Shown here: in pieces, positions 20,959 through 31,785 of the stretch | How positions within the stretch are numbered: position 1 is the stretch's first letter | Layout: the number at the start of each line of letters is the position of its first letter | Assembly (NCBI GenBank): GCA_025558095.1 | Contig: JAIVFI010000038.1 | Location: 372,001-436,000, forward strand | DNA from: Hyaloraphidium curvatum SAG 235-1 | Lineage: Eukaryota > Fungi > Monoblepharomycota | Reading direction: 5' to 3' | Length of the DNA stretch: 64,000 nucleotides | Made by a program: the position numbers and the translations under genes | Notes under the pieces: generated by a model | What the model was told of the DNA's origin: nothing | Database searches by the model: none | The model's input: only the letters and a program-made list of their open reading frames with translations

Positions 20959-21205
20959 GGCTGCAGGTGGAGGAGAGCGGAGGACTTTCGGTGATTCTCG
21001 CTCCACTCGCTCTGAAGCCCAAGCTGATAAGCTGCCATCGGTTCGAGTCTCTCGAAAACATGGTTTTTGGGAAACCTATTGGAATCGGAAAACTCGAAGA
21101 AACTCTACAATTTCTTTCCCCTCTAGCTCTTCTATGGCATCATCCGATGTCTGTCACCGTTATGGCACCTGGTTCGGGCACCGCTCTCGACGTCAAGTCA
21201 ACCGA

Positions 21206-22215
21206 TCAGTCCTGCCACACTCCCCAATCATTCAGTCGCGTGCGAAGGAACACCATGACCGATTCCCACATTTCCATGCCCCCGTGTCCCATCTTCGGGT
21301 CCTCCGTCACGTAGGCGATCCCCGGTCGGAACCGGTTTGCGGCATCGTGCACGTGCTGCCGCTGGGCGAGCTTGTCCTCGCCGCCGATTAGGAAGTAAGC
21401 GGAGCGGGGCGGGCTGACGTTCTTGGCCCGGCTGACGATATCGAGCGCGGATCCGCCGGGTATCCGCGAGAGATCCTTGAGGAGCTCGACGAACGCGGCG
21501 GCCCCGTCGCCCATTTCCTCGCTCTTCGTGAACGAAGCCACAACCGCTGCGACGATCCATGGTGACAGCAAGACGGCAGGCACGGGGATCGTCCTGCCCG
21601 CGACGGGCAGGGAGATCGTCGCGCGCGAAAAGTCCTGGGCAAAGGTCCGGACATCCGGGTGGCCAATGACGGCTAGGAGCTTCTTGCCGAAGCCGGTGTC
21701 GACAAAAACCGAGGACGAGAGGATCGCCCCCATGCTGACCCCAAAGAGGGCAATGCGGTCGCTCGTGAGCCCGTACTTGTTCACGAGGATTCCCTGATGT
21801 ATGTACCGGAGGTCGAACTGCATGCAGTGCGCGGCCATTGCCCCTTGGCCTTTGCCGCCGCGATCTCGAGGGCCGGATTGTAGGAATAATCCCGGCGGAA
21901 GGAGCGCTCGCCGGCCAGCGGCGTCTCGACGAGGACCACCGCGAACCCGTGCCGCACCATTTGCACGAGCTCGCTATTCATGTCGAGCGGGGCGCAGATG
22001 CCCTGGAGGCGGAAGATGATCGGGGTCTCGGCGCGGTTCCGGCCGTCGGGAACGAACACCTCGACGGGGCCGGAGCTCAGGATGTCGTCGACGTCTTTCC
22101 GGGGCTCCGCGCCGTTCCGGGCGGTGAAGCTGAACGGGTGGTAGAACCAGTAGCGCTGACCCTTGATCCCGTATCGTTCGACGTCCCGGACGAAGCTGAC
22201 CTTGAAGTTTTCCAT
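21206..22215 (-). pseudogene. Alpha/beta hydrolase with an apparent frameshift near 21840 (pseudogene or sequence error)
   Basis: N-part MENFKV..IIFRLQG..VLVETPLAGERS and C-part LFGVSMG (nucleophile elbow)..GGEDKL..MGHG lie in different frames. No intron-sized GT..AG is present at the junction. Confidence 0.65.
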
Positions 22216-23025
22216 TCCCGAAGTCGCGCGGCCGGCGAGGGAGCGAGCGCTGGAAGTCAAGCGGATCTGTTGCGCAACGGGTCCACGACGCGTAAAGGCG
22301 AAAGAGCGGCCGCCGACGGATTGCGGCGACAAGAATTGAGAGAGTGGATGAGCGAGAGCTGTGCCGCTGTGCCGTCCGTGACTGACTTTCTTGACTGACT
22401 GTCTGATTAGAGAGGAGAAGTCAAGCCCCACGGAAGAAAGGTGTGGAGCATTCTGATGACGCCGATTGATGCGGATGCCGACGGCGTTCAGTTTGTTCAT
22501 ATTGCCGTCCGGTTCAAAGTCGAGATCACAGGGGCATCCTGGATGCTCGCCGACGATGGTCCCGGACGGATTCTTTCAACCATAATCTGCTTTCATTCTT
22601 CCTAGTTGTGTCCTTGCGTCCAAGTTTCTGCGGATCGGCAAATCGCGGTGGCTTGCAGGACGCCGGCCGGGTGCGGCAAAGGGTCCGCTGCGGCGCGCCG
22701 AATCCGGCCATTCGCCGTCGTTGAAGTGCTCGGGTTTCAAGGGCCCGCAGACGCCAGGACAAGTCAATCAGCTGTGCCGAGATGTTTTCCTGTCTCGACG
22801 AGAACCTGGCTCCGCGCTAGGGGGATCTGCGAGGGGCCTCGGGGGCTCTGACCCAGCCCGGTTTTGCTGGTTTGCACCGCCGCCCGGCGCGGTCGACTAC
22901 GCCCCGTCCTGCCGCAACGCCGCTCCTGATCTCCGGAGCCCCCGCCAGCCCGCCTGCGAGCGAATCCGGCTCCGCACGGCCCGCCCCCGCGGCGGTATCC
23001 TGCCTGCGGCACGGGGTGCGGAGCG

Positions 23026-24363
23026 ATGGCGCGCCGACTGCCTCGGGCCGCGCTGACGGCCGGCCTGCTGCTCATCGCGCTGGTGCTGCCGGGCCTCGCG
23101 ATGGCCGCCATTCCGATTGCGCCCGCGTTCACGACGCGGTTCCCGGTCCCGGAGGGCGGGCAGACGTCGTCCATCTCGCTGGCGCCCAACATCGTCGGCG
23201 GCCGCACCGTGAACCCGCCGTTCCGCTACCCGTGGGCCGCTGCGGTGCTCGACACACGGTCAGCGCCCGACACGAACGCCTTGGTGGGTGTTTGCTGCCG
23301 CTTCGTTCGGCGTTCCCTCTGACCGGCGTCCCGTGTTTCGTCTCCGTCGACGCGCCGCGGATAATTCTCCTGGTTCCAGCGCTGCGGCGGGACCATCGTG
23401 TCCACGAACCCCTACATCATGCTGACGGCAGCACACTGCACGGTGCCGTTCTTCCAGGGCCGGAACCAGGGCATGAGGCCTGAGTGGGCGCCCATCATCC
23501 GCGTCCGCGCCCACCGGCACAACATGGTCCGCCCATGCGACAGCGAAAGCTGCATCGACCTTGTTCCAGTGCGGGCCACCTGGCACCCCAACTTCCAGCA
23601 GGTCGAGCAGGGCAGATCGGTGTGGCTCATCTGGGACTTTGCCGTCTGGCTGCTCCAGCCGGTGCCGACCAACTACACGCTGCCACGGATCACAGTACCT
23701 GAGCTCGACACGGGCACGCTGCCCGGCACGGCCTTGACCGTGATCGGATGGGGCTACGACTCGGTCACCTACGACAATGGCAAGCTCATCGCCTTCAACC
23801 TCCCGGACTCGCTCCAGCAAAAGGCCGTCCGCCTCATTACCGACGCCGAGTGCGGCCGTCTGGCAGGGATCCCTACAAACCCCAGCTGGCAGTGCACCGT
23901 GCCCAGCGACGGCTTCGGCGGAGCATGTCGCGGGGACTCGGGGGCGCCCATTTTCAAGACAGTGGCCACGCAGGTGCCCATCACCAACTGTAGTCGGCGC
24001 CTCGCGGCGCGGCAGCTTTCCGGAAACAACAACGGCGGCGGCGGTGGCGGCTGCGGCAACACGACCGTGCTGACGCACTACATCGTCGGGATCAACTCGT
24101 GGGGGCCGCAAAACTGCGGCATGCAGACGCCCATCATCGGCTCGGGGCAGTCGAGGGTTTCCATCGCCCGCGGATGGATCCAGAACGCAATGTGCTCGTT
24201 CGGGCGGTGTCCTACCCCCCGCCGCGTGACGTCGGCGCGGAGGAAGACGACCACGCGGCGGCGCCGGACCACGAGCCGGCGCAAGGTGACCACGGCCAAG
24301 CGGCGGACCTCGACCAAGCGCAGAACTTCGACCAAGCGGAGGACCACCACGCGGAGGCCGTGA
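23026..24363 (+). CDS. Secreted S1 (chymotrypsin-fold) serine protease; intron 23284-23379
   Basis: Signal peptide, activation N|IVGG, CGGTIVS, LTAAHC, WDFAV, ACRGDSGAP, VGINSWG. Arg/Thr-rich C-terminal tail. Confidence 0.92.
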
Positions 24364-24639
24364 TTCCTCCGCGATCGCCGCCGGACTCCGGACGATTGGT
24401 ATCGTGCCACTTCCTTGGCCGGGAAGGCAGCTCTCGGCGCGGCGACAAAACAACCATTGCTCTAGACACGGGAACTGATACCTATGTATTCATCGCACGT
24501 ATTCTGCATGGAATGAAATATGCTCTCTCGTAGTGGGGGACAAGGCGGGCGCAGTTTCTCCCAGAGAACCCATCGAACATTCCCGCCCGTCTCCCAACCC
24601 ACAACCGACGTGTGGACACTGCAGGTGCCCGCGCGTACG

Positions 24640-25747
24640 ATGGCTGCCCCGGCGACTATGAAAGCCGCGATAGTCCGCGAGCCGGAGCCCGGCGTCCGCC
24701 GCCCCAAGCTCGAGTCCGTGCCGTTCCCGTCGGGAGAAGGGGTGCTCGTACGCGTCACGAGCGTCGGAATCTGCGGAACGCATGTGCCGCCGTGAGCCAC
24801 CGCGAGGGATCCTATTGACTCGTCCTGTCCAGCGACCTGCACATGCTGGAAAACGGGCTCGGTCTTATCGGGATCCCATCCATGGACGGGTTTCGCCTGG
24901 GCCACGAGTTTGGTGGGCTCTTGGACGACGGCCGGCTTGTGGCCGTGCGGCCCTCGGGCGAATGCGGGGCCTGCGCGCAGTGCAGCGCGCAGCTGCGTCA
25001 TCTGTGCCCCGACGCGTTCGGCAAGTTCATCGGGGGGGGCTCGGGCGGCGCCTTGGCCGAGGCCATCCTCGTGCCCGAGAACAGCATCGTCGTTATGCCA
25101 AAGGGGACTGATCCCAGGATAGTCGGCCTCGTCGAACCCATTGCGGTCGCTGTGCATGCAGTAAACAGGTCGCGCATCAAGGCGGGCCAGAACGCCGTGA
25201 TCATCGGGGCCGGCTCCATCGGACTCGCCATCGCGCTCGTGCTGTGTGACAGGGGCATCAAGACCACTGTTGTCGCCAGGCACGCGCATCAGCGAAATGC
25301 CACCGAGAAGCTCGGGGCAACGGCGGTGGAGAAGGCCGAGGCCGGATCTGGGGACGTGGTCTTCGACGCGGTCTGCACCAAGGCGACTTTCGACGCAAGC
25401 ATCGACGCCGTCAAGCCAGGGGGAACGGTCATCAATCTTGGGATGCCTTGGGAGACTATCGGACTCAACTTTTCAATGTTCGTCAAGGAGATCACCTTTA
25501 TCGGCGTCTACCTCTACAATCGAGACAGCGAGCACAACGGTGGGCAGATCCGATCGAACTATCATAGCTCTAACCGGTCGCAACCCGCTCAGATTTCGAA
25601 GAAGCCGCGGAGCTGCTCGCGCGCAAACCGGAAGTCGCCGACATCCTCGTCACTCACAAGTTCTCGATGGAAGAGCTCGAGAAGGCTTTTGACGCTGCCT
25701 GGGACCGCAAGTCGGGTGCGATCAAGGTGCTCATCTACCCGAACTAG
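24640..25747 (+). CDS. Zinc-dependent medium-chain alcohol dehydrogenase; 2 introns (24780-24832 GC-AG, 25540-25592)
   Basis: GICG|TDLH, GHE, CGACAQC..C structural Zn site, VEP, GAGSIG, THKF..AF..IKVLIYP*. Confidence 0.88.
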
Positions 25748-25797
25748 CCGCATGCCTGATTGGATTGCCAAAAAATGTGTGGTGCCTGCCGTGAATC

Positions 25798-26648
25798 CTA
25801 CAGAACGTCCGAGTTCTGCCGCACCTGCAGCGAAAGCCGCTTTCCCAAAAGCTCCCCCGGCACCCAGATCGGCATCTCCCTGTCCCGCACCTTCCTCACC
25901 CCGTGCATCACCGCGTGCGCCCAACCTCCGTTGAAGACCAGCGCGTCGCCGGACCGGAACCCGATCACCTCGTCGCCCGCGGTGAAGTCGACCGAGCAGC
26001 CGACGGAGAAGAGGACGAGGTAGTGGCCCGTCCCGTCCACGTGGTCGCCGAGCGTGGCGTCGCTGCCGTATAGCAGGACAGCTGGCTGCCAGAAGTCGCG
26101 GTGCCGCGAGAGGTCTTGAGCGGCCCGATCGCTCTCCGCCGTCCCGGAGTGCAGCCGGCGGACTTCCCGAGCGGCCGCATCCAGCACCCTGCGCGCCTTT
26201 TCGTGCAGCTTGGCCACGTGGATCTGCACCTCGAATCCCGAAGGCCAGGCGCCCGACGCGCACATCCGCTTCCACACCGTGGGCCTGATCGCCCCGTAGA
26301 GCGATTTGCCCCAGTCTCCGTCAACGTTGGAGAGGTGAACGGCCGGTGAGGCGGAGGATGCGGAAGCCCGACTCGACAGCCCACCTTTGGGACCCCGAAT
26401 ATGCTTCGCCTTAGGGTGCGCTGTTCTAGCGTACGCGCGGACGAGCGGCGACTGCCACCACATGCTCCGTTCCGCGACCGGATTGACAAAGAGAAACACC
26501 ACATGCCTACGGGGAGCTCGGAAGTAATCCGCCCCGAGTTAAGTGTGAACTTGGTTGCGCGCTCTTGTCGATCCAGGGGGAGTCGGTGATGCGCGTGACA
26601 GCGCTGGCCAGCGTCGGCTGTCGGGATCGGTGGCAGTGGGAGGCTCAT
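25798..26648 (-). CDS. AlkB-like 2OG-Fe(II) dioxygenase (5' exon uncertain)
   Basis: LLY..LGDHVD (HxD), LFSVG, FRSGDALVFNG, VMHGV, RLSLQVR. Probable intron gtaggc..gcag joins a 5' exon starting at ATG 26648. Confidence 0.72.
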
Positions 26649-26876
26649 GTGACTGCGCCTCACTGCGCCACAACCGATGTATAGGTCGGGCCGTCGCGGC
26701 CCATACAATCCATCAGTTTTGTTCAATCCATCGGTTTTTGTCGGTGCTCGAGGGGTTCGACCAGACGTCGAGCCTGACAGCTCTGCACCCTGTCAGTCCG
26801 GAAGGGACCGGAAAGGGGGACTGAGAAATCAATCCCCCACCGTGCTGGACTTCCTCCTTCAAACGACAGCAGCGAT

Positions 26877-29300
26877 ATGTCGTCCGGGAACCGGTTCCCA
26901 GGGCTCGGCCGTCGTTGCTGTGCCCGGGATTCCGAGCGCACGCCGGGATTCGGCAGGCCATTTGCGGTCGGCGCCACCCTCGTCCTCCTCCTCCTCCCCC
27001 GGGCCTCGCGATGCGCATCGGTCGTCCGCGTCACCTGCGGCCGCTCTCATTCGGCGGTTCTGCTCGACGACGGCACCCTGCGTGCCTTCGGGAGGAACGA
27101 TGTCGGGCAGTCGGCCGTGCCATCCTGGCTCCCTCCTATCCGTCAGATGAGCGCGGGCGAGACGCACAACCTTGTTCTTGCAAGTAACGGAAGCATTTAT
27201 GCCTGGGGCAGCCCCGCATTCGGGCAGCTGGACGTGCCGGTTCGAGGATTGGAGGGCGCCGAGATCGTCAGCACCAGCGTTTCCCACAGCTGGGTCAAGC
27301 TGGGCGGCGGCCGGGTCGTCGGATTCGGGTCCAACGCCAATGGCGAGACGAGCCTACCGCCTGGGGTGCAAGACAACGTTCGCCAGATCTCGGCTTCGTA
27401 CTACTTCAGCGTTGCCCTCACGAACGACGGGCGCGTCTTCGCGTTTGGCGACAACACGCACGGGCAGCTCAACGTGCCGCCCGGACTGAGCAACGTCACG
27501 CAGATATCGGCGGGCTATTCCCACGTCCTTGCCATCGCAAACGGCAGGATCGTCTGTTGGGGCTCCAACGCCGCCGGGGAATGCAACGTGCCGGAACTGG
27601 CGACCGGCTCCGTGCGGCAGATAAAGGCGGCCACGCGAGCCAGCTTCGTCGTGCTGGAAGGAGGTGGGCTCCGTGCTTGGGGCGCAGTCAGTACGGACCA
27701 GCTTCCCACGACGGTGAAGGAGGGAGCGGTGCAGGTGGGCGCGGGGGAGTACCATCTCCTCGCGCTTATGAACGGGACAGGACGCGTTGCTGCCGTCGGG
27801 TTCGGCAATTTGGCAGCCAACGAGTATGGACAGCTGGATGTGCCCACGGACATCTCTGCAGGTTCTTTCGCTGTCAGCACACCAACGCAATCGACGAGCT
27901 TTCCCACTGGGGCAATTATTGGACTTGCAGCCGGCGTGGTCGCTGTCCTCGGTGCCGTTGCAGCAGCCATTTTTCTGTGGCGGAGGCGGAAACGATCGGC
28001 CGCAGTCACTGGAACCCTTTCTGAGGTCGAAAAGCAACCATTACCTCCTCGAGGCAAGGCCAAGACGACGATGCCGAAAGCGACCTCAGAGGAGACCCTC
28101 GCAGCAGGTTCAGAGGATTGGGACAACGCCCTTGTCTCAGGCGCGCCGCCTATCGTACATCGCGAGCCCGTGGCACATTGCGAGCCTATCGCTCTTGATT
28201 CCCCTGCCGCGTCCAACGCCACGATGGCTCTGGAGACCACCGAGATCATTGCCGCACCCATGGCTCCTGTTTCTCCCCAAGTGGCCAATGTCCCCACCAA
28301 TCTACCCACGGCTGCTCCTCCACAGCTTCGTTCTAGGCTACAAGTTTCCGCCTCCGACGTTTTTGTTGACAAGAGCAGGAAGATTGGCGAGGGATCTTAC
28401 GGAGTTGTTTATGAAGGGATGCTGTTTGGGGTGTCGCGGGTGGCTGTCAAGGTCCTCAAGACGTCCGACATCGACCACGCGGCCATCAAGGCATTCAGGA
28501 AGGAGGTCGCCACGTGGGAAGGTCTTGTGCAGCGAAACGGTGAGAAAAGACCGCTCCTTATGTTGCTTTTCCGTGCTGATTTGTTCAGTTCTGCCGCTTA
28601 TGGCATACTGCGAGGATCCGCCAATGATGGTTACTGACTACCTCGCAAGCGGCAACCTGCGGGTCTTCATGTCCGCTCAGGGGTGGAATCTGGGGGTTGG
28701 AATCAAGCTTCTGCTTGATGTTGCGACCGGCATGGCGTACCTACACTCCCGGAACGTTTTGCACGGGGACCTCAAGTCGCTGAACATCCTCGGTGCGTTA
28801 GCCTGAACACTCGTTCCCATGTTCTCCTACTGAGTCTTGCCACTCTATGTAGTCGACGAGAATCGTGCCGTGATCGCCGACTTCGGCCTTTCCAAGATTC
28901 GGCGCGCGGTCACCCTCCCATCGTCAACAGCCAGCGGCGGCCCTGCGGGAACGCCGGCGTTCCTTGCCCCGGAGCTGTTTGAAGCCGGATCGCTCGCCCC
29001 ACCCGCCGACGTCTACGCCTTTGCGATGCTCTGCTACGAGGTGTGCAGCGGCGGCAAGTTCCCGTTTGACGACATTCCGAACCTTGTTGCGGTAGGTTTG
29101 CTTTCGGGAAGGCATCCATGCCTGCCTAGAACTGGCATCTACTACAGCTGGTCCGATCCGTCGTCTTCGATCGCAGTCGACCCGCGAGGCCGCCGAAGGT
29201 GCCTGACAGCTTCTGGAGCCTGGTTGAGCGGTGCTGGACGCACGAACCCAGCCAGAGGCCGACGTTTGTCGAGATTGCGGGGCAAGTGCGAGCAATGTAG
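26877..29300 (+). CDS. Receptor-like protein kinase: signal peptide, RCC1/BLIP-II-like repeats, single TM, TKL-type kinase; introns 28540-28588, 28793-28852, 29092-29147
   Basis: Repeats of type ISAGxxHxLAL..GxVxAWGxNxxGQLxVP. TM AIIGLAAGVVAVLGAVAAAIFLW followed by RRRKR. Kinase GEGSYGVV, VAVK, HGDLKSLNIL, DFG, GTPAFLAPE, RCWTHEPSQRPTF; stop TAG at 29298-29300. Confidence 0.88.
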
Positions 29301-29615
29301 AAGGAACTGTATTGGTGTACCTCGGGCCGGAATCGTCATCGGGGACAGGTGACACAACGGTCTGCCTCTTTCGCAGGGCCACGGCGCCCGCAGTTTCCGC
29401 GGTCACCGACTCCCGACATCACCAATAAGGTCGTCGGCTTTGTCTCCGTGCGCTGCGGTGCGCACTTCGTCGACTTTGCACATCTCGTGTCCCCGGTTTG
29501 AATCGGTGGCGTCCGACTACACGTTGCCACAATTGCCACACAAATGCAAATGAACCGTCCGCACATGTGGCGTCCGCGATTGTACAGAATGACAAAGAAA
29601 AAAGACCAGATGCTT

Positions 29616-31328
29616 CTACCTCCGCGCCCCGATCCCCCCGCTCCCCAGTCCCATCACCGCCAGATCCACCACCCCGTCCTCGTCCTCCTCCCCCGCGGCG
29701 CCCAACCCCGGCGGCATCCCGAACGCCCCCAGCCCCGGCAACGCACCAAAGCTGCCGCCCGCCGCACGCGCATCGGGAGGCGTCGGCGGCTCCACCTCCG
29801 GCGCCCCGTCCGACGGCGGCGTGTTGATAAAGTCCGCGAACGGGTCCGCCATCTCCTCCGCCGCGGTGGCAGTGGTGCTCGCGGGGACGCCGGTGAGGCT
29901 GGCGAGGATCGACGGGAGCCCCGGGGGTTCGCCCGGGGGGGTGCGGGGGAGGGTGGAGAAGGGCACAGGGCCGTTGGAGGAGCGGACGAGGGAGGCGTGC
30001 GTGCGGCGGACCTTGTCGAGCTTGTCGTTGGCGTCCTGCGAACACGGGCAACGTGAAACGACGTCCTCTGAGGATTGAGGAGGCGAGACGCACCATCAGC
30101 TTCTCCGCGTTCTTCCGCGCCAGCGCCTCCTCGACGGCCAGCATCCGCTGCAGCTCGGAAACCACGGCGTTGCGCGCGTCGAGCTGGACCTGCAGCAGGT
30201 TGCGGTGGTTGGTGAGGGCGATGATGGACGTCTGCAGCTCCGCCGCCGCGCGCTCGGCTTCCGGTTTCCCTTTCGCAGAACGAGGTCAGCGTCGACCAAC
30301 GGCATGCCTTTCCGGCCAACCTACCCCTGAACTCCCTCAGCGCGTCCTCCTCGTAGTAAATGAGCGGCACCGCCTGCACCTGGCTCTCGAGGCTGGCAAA
30401 GTGCGCCCCACCCGCCGGCGGCGCCGTCCTCGCCTCCTCCACCAGCCTGTCCACGGCGCCCACGCGCTTCGACAGCGTCGACAGGGTCTGCGGGATCCCG
30501 CCCTCCGCCTGCGCGGGCCTCGGGGCCGCCGACGCCGACGGCGTGGGCAACGAGCCCGCGGAAGGCCGGGAAACGGCCTGCCCCGACGAATCCCGCTTGG
30601 TCCCCGCACCCCCCAGCTTGGCGCGGAGCTCCGAGACGGCGTCGGCCGGGAAGATGAGCCGCTCGCCCCAGATGTTGACGGTGCGGAGGACCTTGGCGGT
30701 CACGTCCGCGGGGGCGGATTGGGCGATGTGTTCGAGGACGTCGGGGAGGATGGGGAGGAAGGCGTTGGTGAACTGGGGTGGTTGAGGTCACGGGCGAAGC
30801 GGGGCCAAAGTGAGCCGAGGGGCCCAAGCGCGGCAGAAAAAAGACGCTACCCACCTCGGAGCCCTTTTTCTTGGAAACCTGCACGACGTCGTTGCAGATG
30901 TAGAGGAACAGCAGCTTCCTTTGCGGGGCAACTGGGCGGCCAGGGCGCGTCCGTCAGATGCGCCGGCGAAAACGGCCCCGCCTTGCGAGCCCACCCTTCC
31001 GAATCTCCTTTGCCCACGTCTCTGCTATCATCGCGGCGTGTTTCCGGTGGTACATGATCCCTGGCGTTGGGAGAGGAACCGAACGGCCGTCGGTCAGCGA
31101 CCCGTCCAGTCCGCGTCCAGCAAGTCCACCGACAGTGCGACACGAAAGTAATCGACTCCTGCGTCTCGTTGACCTTCATGAGCTTGTCCACTGCGTGTTC
31201 AAGGCCGCGAACGGGCGGCATGGGGGCGGCCACGCGGAGGGGGAGCGGTGACGGGGCGGTCGTGAGGCGCCGGCCGACGCGGGAGGGCCGAGAGGCGCAC
31301 CGAGCGCGGCTTCCGAGAAGGCCGACAT
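29616..31328 (-). CDS. RTT103: RNA pol II CTD-interacting domain protein (Rtt103/RPRD1 family), multi-exon
   Basis: Spliced MSAFSEAAL|VDKLMKVNETQESITFVSH|WIMYHRKHA..RKLLFLYICNDVVQVSKKKG..VLRTVNIWGER, followed by a coiled coil. Confidence 0.85.
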
Positions 31329-31785
31329 GGCGGCGCGTGGACGCGGCGGCCGGACCGCGGCGGAGGGCGTACGCGGGGCACGGGGGACTGTTGTTGTGTC
31401 TTCAGCGGGAGCAAGCGGCGCTGCGCAGAGTCTGCTGCTGGCGAACCCGTCGGCCCTTCCCCGGAGGCAGAGCAAGATTCATCCATTATTGAAACTGAAG
31501 CTACTAGGAAGGTACATCCATCTGGGTCGCTGGTTGATTCGGGGGTCTTATCGGTCGGTCCACGGCGGGACCGCTGCACCTTGCGGGACCGGCGGGCGCC
31601 AGCGAACTTCAGGAACTGAGCATCCAATGGAGGCAATCATCACGAGTCTGATGCCGTGACTGCCTTGCAGTGGACGGGGTGAGGCGCAGGTTGATCGAAT
31701 CCGGGGACCGGCCGCACCCTGTTGACCACCGTTTCCTTCGCGCGTCGCCCGAACGACCGCAACCCCCCCCGCGCCCCTTCCCGCC

